Below are positions 32,064 through 41,531 of a DNA stretch of 64,000 nt, in pieces. Position 1 is the first letter of the stretch, and each line of letters opens with the position of its first letter. The notes under the pieces were generated by a model that saw only the letters and a list, made by a program, of their open reading frames with translations, was not told the origin of the DNA and did no database searches. The translations under genes and the position numbers were made by a program. The stretch comes from an uncultured Candidatus Rokubacteria bacterium (lineage in GTDB: Bacteria; Methylomirabilota; Methylomirabilia; Rokubacteriales; CSP1-6): assembly GCA_963789955.1 (NCBI GenBank), contig CAWBMV010000012.1, positions 64,001 to 128,000 on the forward strand, written 5' to 3'.

Positions 32064-33550
32064 TCTCGCATCCCGACAAGCGCGCGCCGCTCGCCCTCGA
32101 CCCCGCGCAGTTCCGCCGCCTCGCGCACGCGGCGGTCGATCTCGTCGCCGACTATCTCGCCGGGGTCGGCGCGGCGCCCGTCTTCCGGCCGATGACTCCC
32201 AGCGAGCGGACGACCCTGATGCAGGAGCCGCTCGAAGCCGCCGGCGTCGCTCCGGAAGCCATGCTCGAGCGCTTTCGCACGGCCGTCTTGCCACACGCGA
32301 TGGGCAACGGCCATCCGCGGTTCTTCGGCTGGGTGAACTCGCCGCCTGCACCGGTCGGCATCGTCGCCGACTTTCTCGCCGCCGCGATGAACCCGAGCTG
32401 CGCGGGCGGCGACCACGCGGCGGTCTACGTCGAGCGGGCCGCCGTCCGCTGGCTCATGGAGCTGATCGGGTTTCCGACCGAGGACAGCATGGGGCTTCTG
32501 GTGAGCGGCGGATCGGCGGCGACCCTGATCGCGCTCGCCGCGGCCCGCCACCGCGCCGCGCTCCAGGACGGCTGGAACGTGCGAACCGAAGGCCTGCAGC
32601 ATGCTCGCCCGGCGCTCCGTCTCTACATCTCCCCGGACGGCCACAGCTGTATCCAGAAGGCGGCCGAGATCCTCGGCCTCGGGGTTCACGCGATCCACAA
32701 GGTCGCCGCCGACGAGCGCGGCCGGATGGACGTCGCCTCGCTGCGCGCCGCGGTCGCCGCCGACCGCGCCCAGGGCCACCGCCCATTCTGCGTGGCGGCC
32801 AGCGCGGGGACCGTGGGCACGGGCGCGATCGATCCGCTCGGAGAGATCGCCGACCTCTGCGCCGCGGAGCGCCTGTGGCTCCACGTCGACGGCGCCTACG
32901 GCGCGGTCGCCGCCGTGCTCCCGAGTCACCGCGCGCGCTACGCCGGCCTCGAGCGCGCCGACTCGGTCGCGCTCGACCCGCACAAATGGTTGTCGGTGCC
33001 GGTCGAGTGTGGCGCTGTCCTCGTCCGCGACGGCCGGCTGTTGCGCGAGGCATTCAGCCTGGTTCCCGACTATCTCCGTACGGAAGCCGACCGCGGCTTC
33101 GGCGGCCTGCCGTGGTACTCGGAGTACGGCATCCAGCAAACCCGAGGCTTCCGAGCCCTCAAGCTCTGGATGACGCTCAAGCAGCTCGGCCGCGATGGCG
33201 TGCGTGATATGGTCGCGCGCCATCTGGCGCTCGCCCAGCATCTGGCTGGGCTCGTCGACGCCGCGCCGGATCTCGAGCGGCTCGGTCACGTCGAGCTTTC
33301 GATCGTCTGCTTCCGCTACGCGCCTCCGGGTCTCAAGGGAGACGATCGCGCCCTCGATGCGCTCAACAAGCGCGTGATGGAGGAGGTGCAGGCCTCCGGC
33401 GCGGCATTCCTGACGCAGACCACCTTGCGCGACCGCTTCGCCCTGCGCGCGTGCATCCTGCACTACGCGACGACGGAAGCGGATCTCGCGGCGCTCGTCG
33501 AGTGCGTGCGGACGACCGGCGCGCGACTCGCTGCGCGCGGATCCACCTGA
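32060..33550 (+). CDS. Group II PLP-dependent (aromatic amino acid-type) decarboxylase
   Basis: HPRFFGW, SGGS, GTVGTGAID, WLHVDGAYG, DPHKW. Confidence 0.92.
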   Translation: MISHPDKRAPLALDPAQFRRLAHAAVDLVADYLAGVGAAPVFRPMTPSERTTLMQEPLEAAGVAPEAMLERFRTAVLPHAMGNGHPRFFGWVNSPPAPVGIVADFLAAAMNPSCAGGDHAAVYVERAAVRWLMELIGFPTEDSMGLLVSGGSAATLIALAAARHRAALQDGWNVRTEGLQHARPALRLYISPDGHSCIQKAAEILGLGVHAIHKVAADERGRMDVASLRAAVAADRAQGHRPFCVAASAGTVGTGAIDPLGEIADLCAAERLWLHVDGAYGAVAAVLPSHRARYAGLERADSVALDPHKWLSVPVECGAVLVRDGRLLREAFSLVPDYLRTEADRGFGGLPWYSEYGIQQTRGFRALKLWMTLKQLGRDGVRDMVARHLALAQHLAGLVDAAPDLERLGHVELSIVCFRYAPPGLKGDDRALDALNKRVMEEVQASGAAFLTQTTLRDRFALRACILHYATTEADLAALVECVRTTGARLAARGST

Positions 33551-33556
33551 CCTGCC

Positions 33557-34414
33557 TCAGGTCTCCCACCAGCGGGCGATCTCGCCGTCGAGCACGCGAA
33601 GGTCCGCGTATCGGCGCTCGACCTCGTCGATGAACCGTTCGGCGTCGGTCGCCGACGGGATCAGGTCGAGCGGGGAGACCGCGAAGTCGTAGACCGACAG
33701 CCGCTCGGTCGGCAGGACCACATCGAGACCCAGCACGTCAGTGTTCCGGTGGCGGAGCACGCGCTCGTAGACTCCGGCGTAGACCGCGGGATCGTAGGGA
33801 CTCGTCGCGGAATCTCCGCCCGCGATCACCGCGAGGCTCCGCCAGAGATCCCGGAGCACGTGGGGCGGCGCGTCCTCTCGCTCGCGAGGGTGCAGGGGCT
33901 CGGCGGCCCGTCGCTCGCGCTGCGCTTCGAGAAAGCTCCGCACCTCGCGCGACGGCGTGGCGATCACGAACCGGCACGACGGCGACGCCAGGAGAGCTTC
34001 GGCCCGATCGTCGATCGGCCGGGCCAGCTCGACGAAACGATTGCCGACGAAGGGTGTTTCGCCGACCAGGAGATGCTCGGGCTCCCGATATCGCGCGCTC
34101 CACCCGGCCACGGCGTCGCGGACCCAGAGGCCGGCGGCTCGTCTGATCACCGCGTGCGTGACGCCGTCGAGCACCGGATATCGCCGGCCCGCCGGGCTGG
34201 CCTCGAACACCGGACGGGCGACGTCCCACTGCAGCAGGTGAACCTGGCGTCCGGCGCCGCTCGCGACGTGGACGAGCTGGTGGGCGAGAAGACTCTTGCC
34301 CGTGCCCGGCAGCCCCGCGAAGAAGACCATGCGCCGGGCGGCCAGTGCGCGGATCCGATCCGCGAGCCGGCGATCCGAGTCCACCACGATGCGAGAAGCC
34401 CGCGCGTCGCTCAT
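33557..34414 (-). CDS. Hypothetical P-loop NTPase
   Basis: N-terminal FFAGLPGTGKS Walker A; family not recognised. Confidence 0.75.
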   Translation of the reverse strand: MSDARASRIVVDSDRRLADRIRALAARRMVFFAGLPGTGKSLLAHQLVHVASGAGRQVHLLQWDVARPVFEASPAGRRYPVLDGVTHAVIRRAAGLWVRDAVAGWSARYREPEHLLVGETPFVGNRFVELARPIDDRAEALLASPSCRFVIATPSREVRSFLEAQRERRAAEPLHPREREDAPPHVLRDLWRSLAVIAGGDSATSPYDPAVYAGVYERVLRHRNTDVLGLDVVLPTERLSVYDFAVSPLDLIPSATDAERFIDEVERRYADLRVLDGEIARWWET

Positions 34415-34444
34415 GCGGAGAGGCTCAGCCTATCACGCGTCCGC

Positions 34445-34487
34445 TTGACAGCCCGCCGCGCGCCCTGTACATAACGAACGTACGTTA
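34445..34487 (+). promoter_or_regulatory. tetR promoter with palindromic operator
   Basis: TTGACA at 34445; TAACGAACGTACGTTA (34472-34487) is 14/16 palindromic, 8 nt before the ATG. Confidence 0.7.
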
Positions 34488-34495
34488 GGTCCGGC

Positions 34496-35092
34496 ATGGC
34501 CGCCACGATCGTCGCCACCCACGAGCGCGCCACCGCCGCCGAGCGCATCCTGCGCGCGGCGATGATCCTGTTCCGGGAGCGCGGGTATCACGGCAGCTCG
34601 ATGCGGACCCTGGCGCGGGCGCTCCGGATGGAAGCGGCGAGCCTCTACTATCACTTCCGGTCCAAGCAAGAGATCCTGTTCGCGATCCTCGACCGCACGC
34701 TCGACGATCTCCTGGCCGGCGTGGGCCGCGCGGTCGCGTCGGCGGACGGCCCCGAGGCCCGGCTGCGAGCGGCGGTGCGTTTCCACGTGCTCTTTCATAC
34801 CGACAGTCAGCACCAGGCGTTCCTGAGCCACAGCGAGCTGCGCTCGTTGACGCAGGCCAACCTCCGGATGGTCCTGACCCGCCGGGACGAATACGAGCGC
34901 GTCTTCCGCGGCCTTCTGGCCTCCGGTGCCCGCGCCGGCGTCTTTCAGGTGGCCGACGTGCGCCTGACGGCCATGGCCATCCTCACCATGTGCACCGGCG
35001 TGGCGACGTGGTTCTCGGACGGCGGACGACTGTCGCCCGAGGCGATCGCCGACCGCTACGTCGAGATGATCCTGCGTACCGTCAAACGTTGA
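34496..35092 (+). CDS. TetR-family regulator (KstR2/PaaR-like)
   Basis: ILRAA..LF.ERGY...MR.LA, SLYYHFRSKQEIL; C-terminal WF...GRLS. Confidence 0.92.
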   Translation: MAATIVATHERATAAERILRAAMILFRERGYHGSSMRTLARALRMEAASLYYHFRSKQEILFAILDRTLDDLLAGVGRAVASADGPEARLRAAVRFHVLFHTDSQHQAFLSHSELRSLTQANLRMVLTRRDEYERVFRGLLASGARAGVFQVADVRLTAMAILTMCTGVATWFSDGGRLSPEAIADRYVEMILRTVKR

Positions 35093-35107
35093 GCGAAAGG
35101 GTCCCGC

Positions 35108-35836
35108 ATGTCCGACGACAGACCATTCAGCGACAAGGTCGAGGCGCACGAGGCCCCGAAGATGCCGGCGGAGTATCAGTCGCTGCTCAAGCGCGTGCTG
35201 CGGATTCAGGCGGATTGCGAGATCGGCGGCCCGCACCTCTACGTGAGCGAATGGCTCCTGACGGCGCCGTCGGCCGACGATCAGTGGATGCTCGCCAAGG
35301 TCGCCGGCGAGGAGATCGACCACTTCCGCAAGATCAACCGGCTGCTGAACGAGCTCGGTGACGACGCCTCGGAGCTGATGTACGTCGAGCGATCGCGGCG
35401 CGACCTCGAAGCCTTTCGGCAGGCGATGCCGACATGGGCCGACGTCGCGGCGTTCGGCTTCCTGATCGACCGCGTGGGCCAGTATCAGCTCGAGGAGTTC
35501 GTCGGCTGCTCCTACCTCCCGCTCGACCGGGCGCTGCCGCGGATCCTCCAGGAGGAAAAGACGCACGTGGGCTACGGGCACGTGAAGCTCCGTGACATGG
35601 TCCGCACCGAGGAGGGCCGGACCGCGGCGCAGGCGGCGATCGATCGCTGGTATCCGCGGGGGCTCGACATGTTCGGGCGCGCCAACTCGAGGCGCGCCGC
35701 TCGCTATCAGCACTGGGGCCTCAAGCGCCGATCGAACGAGACCGCGCGGACCGAGTACGTGACCGAAGTGGCGCCGCTGATCGAGGGACTCGGGCTCACC
35801 TTGCCCGACGTCGCGTTCGACCGCCACTTCCGCTGA
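35108..35836 (+). CDS. PaaA/PaaC/BoxB-like ferritin-fold di-iron protein
   Basis: QADCE, EEIDH, DRVGQYQLE, SYLPL, EEKTH, WYPRGLDMFG, WGLKRRSN. Confidence 0.82.
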   Translation: MSDDRPFSDKVEAHEAPKMPAEYQSLLKRVLRIQADCEIGGPHLYVSEWLLTAPSADDQWMLAKVAGEEIDHFRKINRLLNELGDDASELMYVERSRRDLEAFRQAMPTWADVAAFGFLIDRVGQYQLEEFVGCSYLPLDRALPRILQEEKTHVGYGHVKLRDMVRTEEGRTAAQAAIDRWYPRGLDMFGRANSRRAARYQHWGLKRRSNETARTEYVTEVAPLIEGLGLTLPDVAFDRHFR

Positions 35837-35861
35837 GGTATCCTTCGAGGGAGGTGAGACC

Positions 35862-36593
35862 GTGACCGAGCTCGAGCGCGCCGCCCGCGACGTGGTCATC
35901 GCCAACCGAATCCTCGCCAACGAGGGCGTGGTCGACGCGTACGGCCACGTCAGCGTGCGCCATCCCGGGGACCCGACGCGCTTCCTGCTGTCGCGCTCGC
36001 TGGCCCCGGCGCTCGTCGAGCGCGGCGACATCATCGAGTTCGACCTGGAGGGCAAGGTGGTCGGCGGCGACGCGCGCCCGCCGTACCTCGAGCGGTTCAT
36101 CCACGGCGCGATCTACGAGGCGAGGCCCGAGGTGCAGGCGGTGGTCCACGCCCACGCCGAGGCGGTCCTGCCGTTCACGATCTCGACCACGCCGCTCCGC
36201 CCGGTCGTCCACATGGCGAGCTTCATCGGCGCGCGGATTCCGGTATGGGACATCCGGGACAACTTCGGCGACACGAACCTGCTCGTCGTGAACATGGCGC
36301 AGGGCCGTGATCTGGCGCGCGGCCTCGGCGCCGAGCGGGTCGTGCTGATGCGCGGCCACGGGTTCTCGGCCGCCGGCCGCTCGCTCCCGGAGGCGATCCG
36401 GATCGCGGTGTACCTGCCGCTCAACGCCCGCGTGCTGTCCGAGGCCTTGCGTCTGGGCGAGGTCAAGGCGCTCTCGCGCGGCGAGATCGACGCCCACGCC
36501 TCGATGCGGCCCGACGAGCCGTCGATGTGGCGAGCGTGGGAGTACTGGGCGGTGCGCGCGGGCTGCCGCGACCTGCTTACCGCCCGGAGCTGA
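35862..36593 (+). CDS. Class II aldolase/adducin family protein
   Basis: GHVSVR, ERFIH, VHAH, LMRGHG; GGAGGT SD. Confidence 0.9.
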   Translation: MTELERAARDVVIANRILANEGVVDAYGHVSVRHPGDPTRFLLSRSLAPALVERGDIIEFDLEGKVVGGDARPPYLERFIHGAIYEARPEVQAVVHAHAEAVLPFTISTTPLRPVVHMASFIGARIPVWDIRDNFGDTNLLVVNMAQGRDLARGLGAERVVLMRGHGFSAAGRSLPEAIRIAVYLPLNARVLSEALRLGEVKALSRGEIDAHASMRPDEPSMWRAWEYWAVRAGCRDLLTARS

Positions 36594-37635
36594 TCGACTC
36601 CACCGGCGCCAGCTCGTAGAGCCGCCGGGTGTTCTCGTAGAGAATCTTGCGCTTCGACTCGGCGCTCAGATCTTGACGCGTGGCGAGCTCGCGGATGTTC
36701 TCCGGGAAGTCGTGGTCCCAGTGGGGCACGTCGCTCGCGTAGAAGATGATGTCGTTCCCGAGCCGCCGGATCACCTCGGGCACCGACTTCTCGTCGCCCT
36801 CCGCCGCGAAGAAGAGCTGCCCGGATCGCAAGTAGTCGCTCGGCTTCTTCCGGCAGAGCGGCGCCTCGACCTTGCGCTTCGACCACTCCTCGTCCATGCG
36901 GTCCATCCAGAACGGGAGCCAGGAGCAGCCGGCTTCCATGAAGCCGATGCGCAGGCTGGGATACTTCTCGGGCACGCCCTCGAAGATCATGCCCGTGAGC
37001 TGGATCATCTGGGCCACCGGATGCGACAGCGTGTGCACCTCGATGAACTTGTCGAATCCGTCGGCGCCGAAGAAGTGCGGGCCGCGCACGGTCGCGTGGC
37101 AGGCCACCATCGATCCCAGGCGCTCGGCCTCGGCGTAGATCGGATGGAAATCCGCGTGGCCGAGCGGCAACCGCAGCCCGACCGCCGGCGCGAAGGCCCC
37201 GGACATGCCGAGCTCGGTGACCGCGCGCCGGAGCTCCTTCACCGCCTCGGGCACGTCCTGGAACGGAAGCAACGCGACGGCCTTCAGACGCGGGCTCGCC
37301 GTGAGGAACTCCTGGTGGACGAAGTTGTTGTACGCGCGACAGATCGCGACGGCGAAGTCGGGCTCGCGGACCCAGCCGATCGCGAGGCCGCCGGTCGGAT
37401 ACAGGATCGTCGTCTCCATGCCGCCGTCGTCCATGATGCGGAGCCAGCTCTTGGCGTCGTTCACGCTGCTGCCGAGCGTTCCGCCGAGCGAGCGGTCCCA
37501 GCCGTCCTCGGGGTAGTAGGAGCGACGACCGGCAAAGGCGCCGCGCTCACCCTGTCGGCCTTCGAAGTAGGGACGGAGCTGCTCGGTCGTCTCGGTGATG
37601 TGGCCGTCGGCGTCGTTCACGCGGAACTCGAGCAT
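36577..37635 (-). CDS. Amidohydrolase-2 family protein (decarboxylase/hydratase-like)
   Basis: DADGH, CHA, EAGCSW, ASDVPHWD. Confidence 0.9.
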   Translation of the reverse strand: MLEFRVNDADGHITETTEQLRPYFEGRQGERGAFAGRRSYYPEDGWDRSLGGTLGSSVNDAKSWLRIMDDGGMETTILYPTGGLAIGWVREPDFAVAICRAYNNFVHQEFLTASPRLKAVALLPFQDVPEAVKELRRAVTELGMSGAFAPAVGLRLPLGHADFHPIYAEAERLGSMVACHATVRGPHFFGADGFDKFIEVHTLSHPVAQMIQLTGMIFEGVPEKYPSLRIGFMEAGCSWLPFWMDRMDEEWSKRKVEAPLCRKKPSDYLRSGQLFFAAEGDEKSVPEVIRRLGNDIIFYASDVPHWDHDFPENIRELATRQDLSAESKRKILYENTRRLYELAPVESISSGR

Positions 37636-37662
37636 CGTTCCCTCCTGGAGGCTCGGCGCCGC

Positions 37663-37709
37663 TTGACAGCTCCGTGCCGCGCCCGGTACAAGCGGTCAAC
37701 CTGTACCGG
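37663..37709 (+). promoter_or_regulatory. Promoter with inverted-repeat operator in a divergent region
   Basis: TTGACA at 37663; CCGGTACA-N11-TGTACCGG at 37683-37709. Confidence 0.55.
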
Positions 37710-37780
37710 CGCCGAGCCACCGGATTCTGGCCGAGGCGGATGGGTAAAGGCAAGCCGAGCCGAACGAGGAGGAACGTGCG

Positions 37781-38858
37781 ATGAGCTCCCCGAAGGTGTT
37801 CATCTTCGCGCCCGTCGCGGAGGCGCGCGACAGCCACACACGGCTCGAGGCCGAAGGCTGCGAGCTGCGCCTGGGCCAGGCCGCCTGGGACACGCCGCAG
37901 GCGAACAGCGAGCCCGAGCTGGTTCGCATGGCGCAGGGCGCGCACGCGCTCATGGGCACCTCCATCCGAAATGTCCCGATCAGCCGCCGGATCATGGAGA
38001 GCTCGCCCGAGCTGCGAGTGGTCGCGAAGTACACGATCGGCGTCGACGACATCGACGTCGAGGCGGCGACCGAGATGGGGATCCTCGTCTGCCACGGCCC
38101 GACCGAGTCGAACTGGGGCGGCGTCGCGGAGGGCACGATCACGGCGATGCTCGCCATGCTCAAGAAGGTCCGCGAGCGCGACCAGCACCTCAAGGACGGC
38201 GGCACCTGGCGGGATCCGAAGCTGCAAGGGGTCTACGTCGGCTCGCGCGCCGACGGCTACACGGGCATCACCCTCGGCCTGATCGGTCTGGGCCGGATCG
38301 GCAGCCGCATCGCGACCTTGCTGCGGCCGTGGAAGATGCGGATCCTCGCGGCCGATCCGCTACGTGCCGGAGAGCAAGTTCGCGGAGCACGGCGTGACGC
38401 GCGTGGATCTCTCCACCTTGCTCCGCGAGTCGGACGTGGTGAGCCTGCACGTCGTGCTGACGCGCGAGACCCGTCACCTGATCGGCGCCGCGCAGCTGGC
38501 GCTCATGAAACGCAACGCGATCCTGATCAACACCTCGCGCGGCCCGTGCATCCAGGAGCCGGCGCTCATCGAGGCGCTGCTGAAGGGGCAGATCGGCGGC
38601 GCCGCCCTCGACGTATTCGAGGAGGAGCCGCTGGCGCTCGACAGCCAGCTGCGCAACCTCGGCGACCGGGTGCTGCTCTCGCCGCACGTGGTCTCGAACA
38701 ACGTGGGCAGCGGTCTCGGTCCCGGCATCGCCTGGGCGACCGAGTCGGTCCTGAGCGCGCTGCGGGGCGAGGTGCCCGACAACGTCTACAACAAGGACGT
38801 CATCCCGCGCTGGCAGCGCCGCTTCGGCGGCAAGAGCGTGTGGAAAGGAGCCGTGTGA
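37781..38858 (+). CDS. D-2-hydroxyacid dehydrogenase (SerA-like); frameshift near 38,360
   Basis: GLIGLGRIG; second frame SLH, INTSRG, ALDVFEEEP, SPH. Confidence 0.9.
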
Positions 38859-39358
38859 TGTCGGTCGTGTCCGGTTGGGAAGGACGGTACTTCGAAGATT
38901 TCAACGTCGGCGACGTCTACCGCTGCCGACTCGGCCGGACCTTGACCGAGGCCGACAACACCTGGTTCACCCTGCTCACCAGCAACACCAACCAGATCCA
39001 CTTCAACAGCGACTTCGCCCGGCGTACCGAGTTCGGCAAGTGCCTGATCAACAGCACGCTCACGCTCGCGATCGTGACGGGGATGGGCGTGGCGGACGTC
39101 AGCGAGAACGGCGTCGCGCTCGGCTGGGACGAGGTCAAGCTGCCGAATCCGCTCTTCGCCGGCGACACGCTCTACTCCGAGTCGCACGTGCTCGAGAAGC
39201 GCGAGTCCCGCTCGAACCCGAAGCGCGGCGTCGTCAAGGTCCGCACGCGCGGGATCCAGCAGGAGGGCAAGGTCGTCATCGACTACGTGCGCAGCGTGCT
39301 GGTGTGGAAGAAGGCTCACGCGCCGACGCGTGACCTCTTTCCAACGATCAGGGAATAA
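38858..39358 (+). CDS. MaoC-family dehydratase
   Basis: GRYFEDF.VGD, RTLTEADN, NQIH, PLFAGDTL; TGATG coupling. Confidence 0.9.
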   Translation: MSVVSGWEGRYFEDFNVGDVYRCRLGRTLTEADNTWFTLLTSNTNQIHFNSDFARRTEFGKCLINSTLTLAIVTGMGVADVSENGVALGWDEVKLPNPLFAGDTLYSESHVLEKRESRSNPKRGVVKVRTRGIQQEGKVVIDYVRSVLVWKKAHAPTRDLFPTIRE

Positions 39359-39382
39359 CGCCGCCGGCGCCCGACAGCGACC

Positions 39383-40441
39383 TTACGTGGAAAACCGCGG
39401 CATGACGCGGCCGGCGAAGAGCTCGAGTGTCCGGAGCGCTTCTTCGTCGCCGCTCCCGCCGAAGTTGATCTGCATCGACGGCTCGATCTCGCCGAAGACC
39501 TCGATCTGGTAGGCGAGCTGCTCGACCACTTCCTCGGGCGTGCCGATCAGCGCCTGATGGCCCTCGAGCATCGACTCGAGGGTGGTTCGGGCGATCGACT
39601 CCACCATCTTGCCGTAGCTCGCGTACTGGGCCGCCTGGTGGCTCGCCCACGAGCTGACCGCCTCGCCGAAGACCTCGATGTAGCGCTCGACGCGCGGCCG
39701 AGCGCCCTCGATGGCCTTGGCATGCGTCTCGGCGACGTAGCAGTGGAGCGAGGTCTGGACCTGCTCCTTCCCGGGCGGGTGCCCGGCTTCGCGCCAGGCC
39801 TGGCGGTAGGCCTGAACCATGCCGCGGACCTTCTCGATGCCGCCGACGTACGGCACGATCATCACGTTGTAGCCGTGACGCCCGGCCCAGACGAACGACT
39901 CGATCGACGCCACCGTGGCGATCCAGATCGGCGGGTGGGGCTTCTGGACCGGACGGGGATTCAGGTGGACGTCACGGAAGCGGTGGAACTTGCCGTCGTA
40001 GGAGACGCGGTCCTCGGTCCAGAGCCGCTTGACGATGTCGATGCCCTCCTCGAACCGGGCACGGCTCTCGTCCATGCTCACGCCGAAGACCTCGAACTCC
40101 TTGGGGATGAAGGCGCGGCCGAAGCCCACGTCGAGACGGCCGTTGCTGAGGTTGTCCAGCACCGCCAGCTCCGCGGCGAGCTTGACCGGGTTGTTGAACG
40201 CCGGGATCACCGCGCCCGTGATCGGGCGAATCCGTTGCGTGCGGGCCGCGATGGCGGCCAGGAAGACGACCGGATTCGGCGAGTGGCCGCCGTAGTCGTA
40301 GAAGTAGTGCTCGACGGCCTTCACCGAGTGGAAGCCGAGCCGATCGGCCCGCTCCGCCAGCCGCAGACACTGGGCGAAGTACTCCGCGGTCGAATAGTCG
40401 CTCGGCCGGAACGACGGGAAGAAGTTGAGGCCGAACTTCAT
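39383..40441 (-). CDS. LLM-class flavin monooxygenase (copy 2)
   Basis: MKFG, VEHYF, LDNLSNGRLDVGFGR, PRPVQKPHPPIW; ATGA overlap. Confidence 0.92.
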   Translation of the reverse strand: MKFGLNFFPSFRPSDYSTAEYFAQCLRLAERADRLGFHSVKAVEHYFYDYGGHSPNPVVFLAAIAARTQRIRPITGAVIPAFNNPVKLAAELAVLDNLSNGRLDVGFGRAFIPKEFEVFGVSMDESRARFEEGIDIVKRLWTEDRVSYDGKFHRFRDVHLNPRPVQKPHPPIWIATVASIESFVWAGRHGYNVMIVPYVGGIEKVRGMVQAYRQAWREAGHPPGKEQVQTSLHCYVAETHAKAIEGARPRVERYIEVFGEAVSSWASHQAAQYASYGKMVESIARTTLESMLEGHQALIGTPEEVVEQLAYQIEVFGEIEPSMQINFGGSGDEEALRTLELFAGRVMPRFST

Positions 40442-41523
40442 CGGCCGGCGGGGATCGTCGTCGAGCGCTCGGCGAAGTGCGGCATGACCTCGCGCGCGAA
40501 CCGCTCCATCGATTTCAGGGTGTCCCGGTGGTTGAGCTCGCCGAAGTTGAAGTACAGGATCACCTCGGAGATGCCGCCCTCCTCGCACCGCTTGAGCACC
40601 TCGATGCAGTGCTCGACGTCTCCGGTGACGATGCTCCGATCGCTCACCTGATCGGCCTTCATCGCCTTGAGCCGCTCGACGATGTCCACGAAGTACGCGA
40701 TGTGGGGTGGGGCGGTGCGTCGGTCGCTCGGAAAGACCGGCAGGATGCTGTGGAGATAGTGCAGCAGCCGCACCCGGGCGCGATCGGTCTCCTCGGCGGT
40801 GTGCGAGACGGAGACGAAGTAGCTGCACATCACCTTGGGGTCCGGATGGCCGGCGTCGCGGGCCATGCGTTTGCTCTCGCGCGCCGCGTCCTGGACCGAG
40901 CCGAACAGCATCGCCGCGGCGAAGGGCGCGAAGATCGTGTTGACGCGCAGGCGGGCCGCCAGCTCGATCGACGGCTTCGAGAAGCACGCCACGTACACCT
41001 CGGGATGCGGATGCTGCACCGGTCGCGGCAGCACCGTGAGCGGCTCCGGCGTCGAGTAGTAGCGGCCGTGGAACTCGAAGGGCGACTGCCGCCAGGCGGC
41101 CATCATGTACTCCATCTGCTCGTCGAAGACCGCGCGGCTGTCGGCAAACGATGCGCCGAACGGCGTGTACTCGCCCTGATCGTAGCCGCGTCCGGCCGAG
41201 AACACCGCGCGCCCGCCGCTCAAGAGATCCAGCAGGTTGAACTCCTCGACCATCCGGAGCGGATGATTGATCGGAAGCACGACGGTCGCGGGACCGAGCT
41301 TGAGCCGCTTGGTGCGATTGGCGATGTGGGCCAGGAACATCGTCGGTGAGGGCAGGATGCCGAAGCGACCGAAGTGGTGCTCCGGCACCCAGGCGCTGTG
41401 GTAGCCCATCGCCTCCGCCTCGACGCACTCCTCGACGACCTCGAGCAGGAAGCGGTTCGGATCGCGCCGGTTCGGGCCGTAGGCCGGCGGATTGTCGGTG
41501 AGGGTGAAGTAGCCGAACTTCAT
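40438..41523 (-). CDS. LLM-class flavin monooxygenase (copy 1)
   Basis: MKFG, PEHHF, LDLLSGGR, PRPVQHPHP. Confidence 0.92.
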   Translation of the reverse strand: MKFGYFTLTDNPPAYGPNRRDPNRFLLEVVEECVEAEAMGYHSAWVPEHHFGRFGILPSPTMFLAHIANRTKRLKLGPATVVLPINHPLRMVEEFNLLDLLSGGRAVFSAGRGYDQGEYTPFGASFADSRAVFDEQMEYMMAAWRQSPFEFHGRYYSTPEPLTVLPRPVQHPHPEVYVACFSKPSIELAARLRVNTIFAPFAAAMLFGSVQDAARESKRMARDAGHPDPKVMCSYFVSVSHTAEETDRARVRLLHYLHSILPVFPSDRRTAPPHIAYFVDIVERLKAMKADQVSDRSIVTGDVEHCIEVLKRCEEGGISEVILYFNFGELNHRDTLKSMERFAREVMPHFAERSTTIPAGR

Positions 41524-41531
41524 GACCGCAT

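Noticed and set aside
39383..41523. luxAB bioluminescence genes
   Set aside because: No luxCDE; only generic LLM motifs
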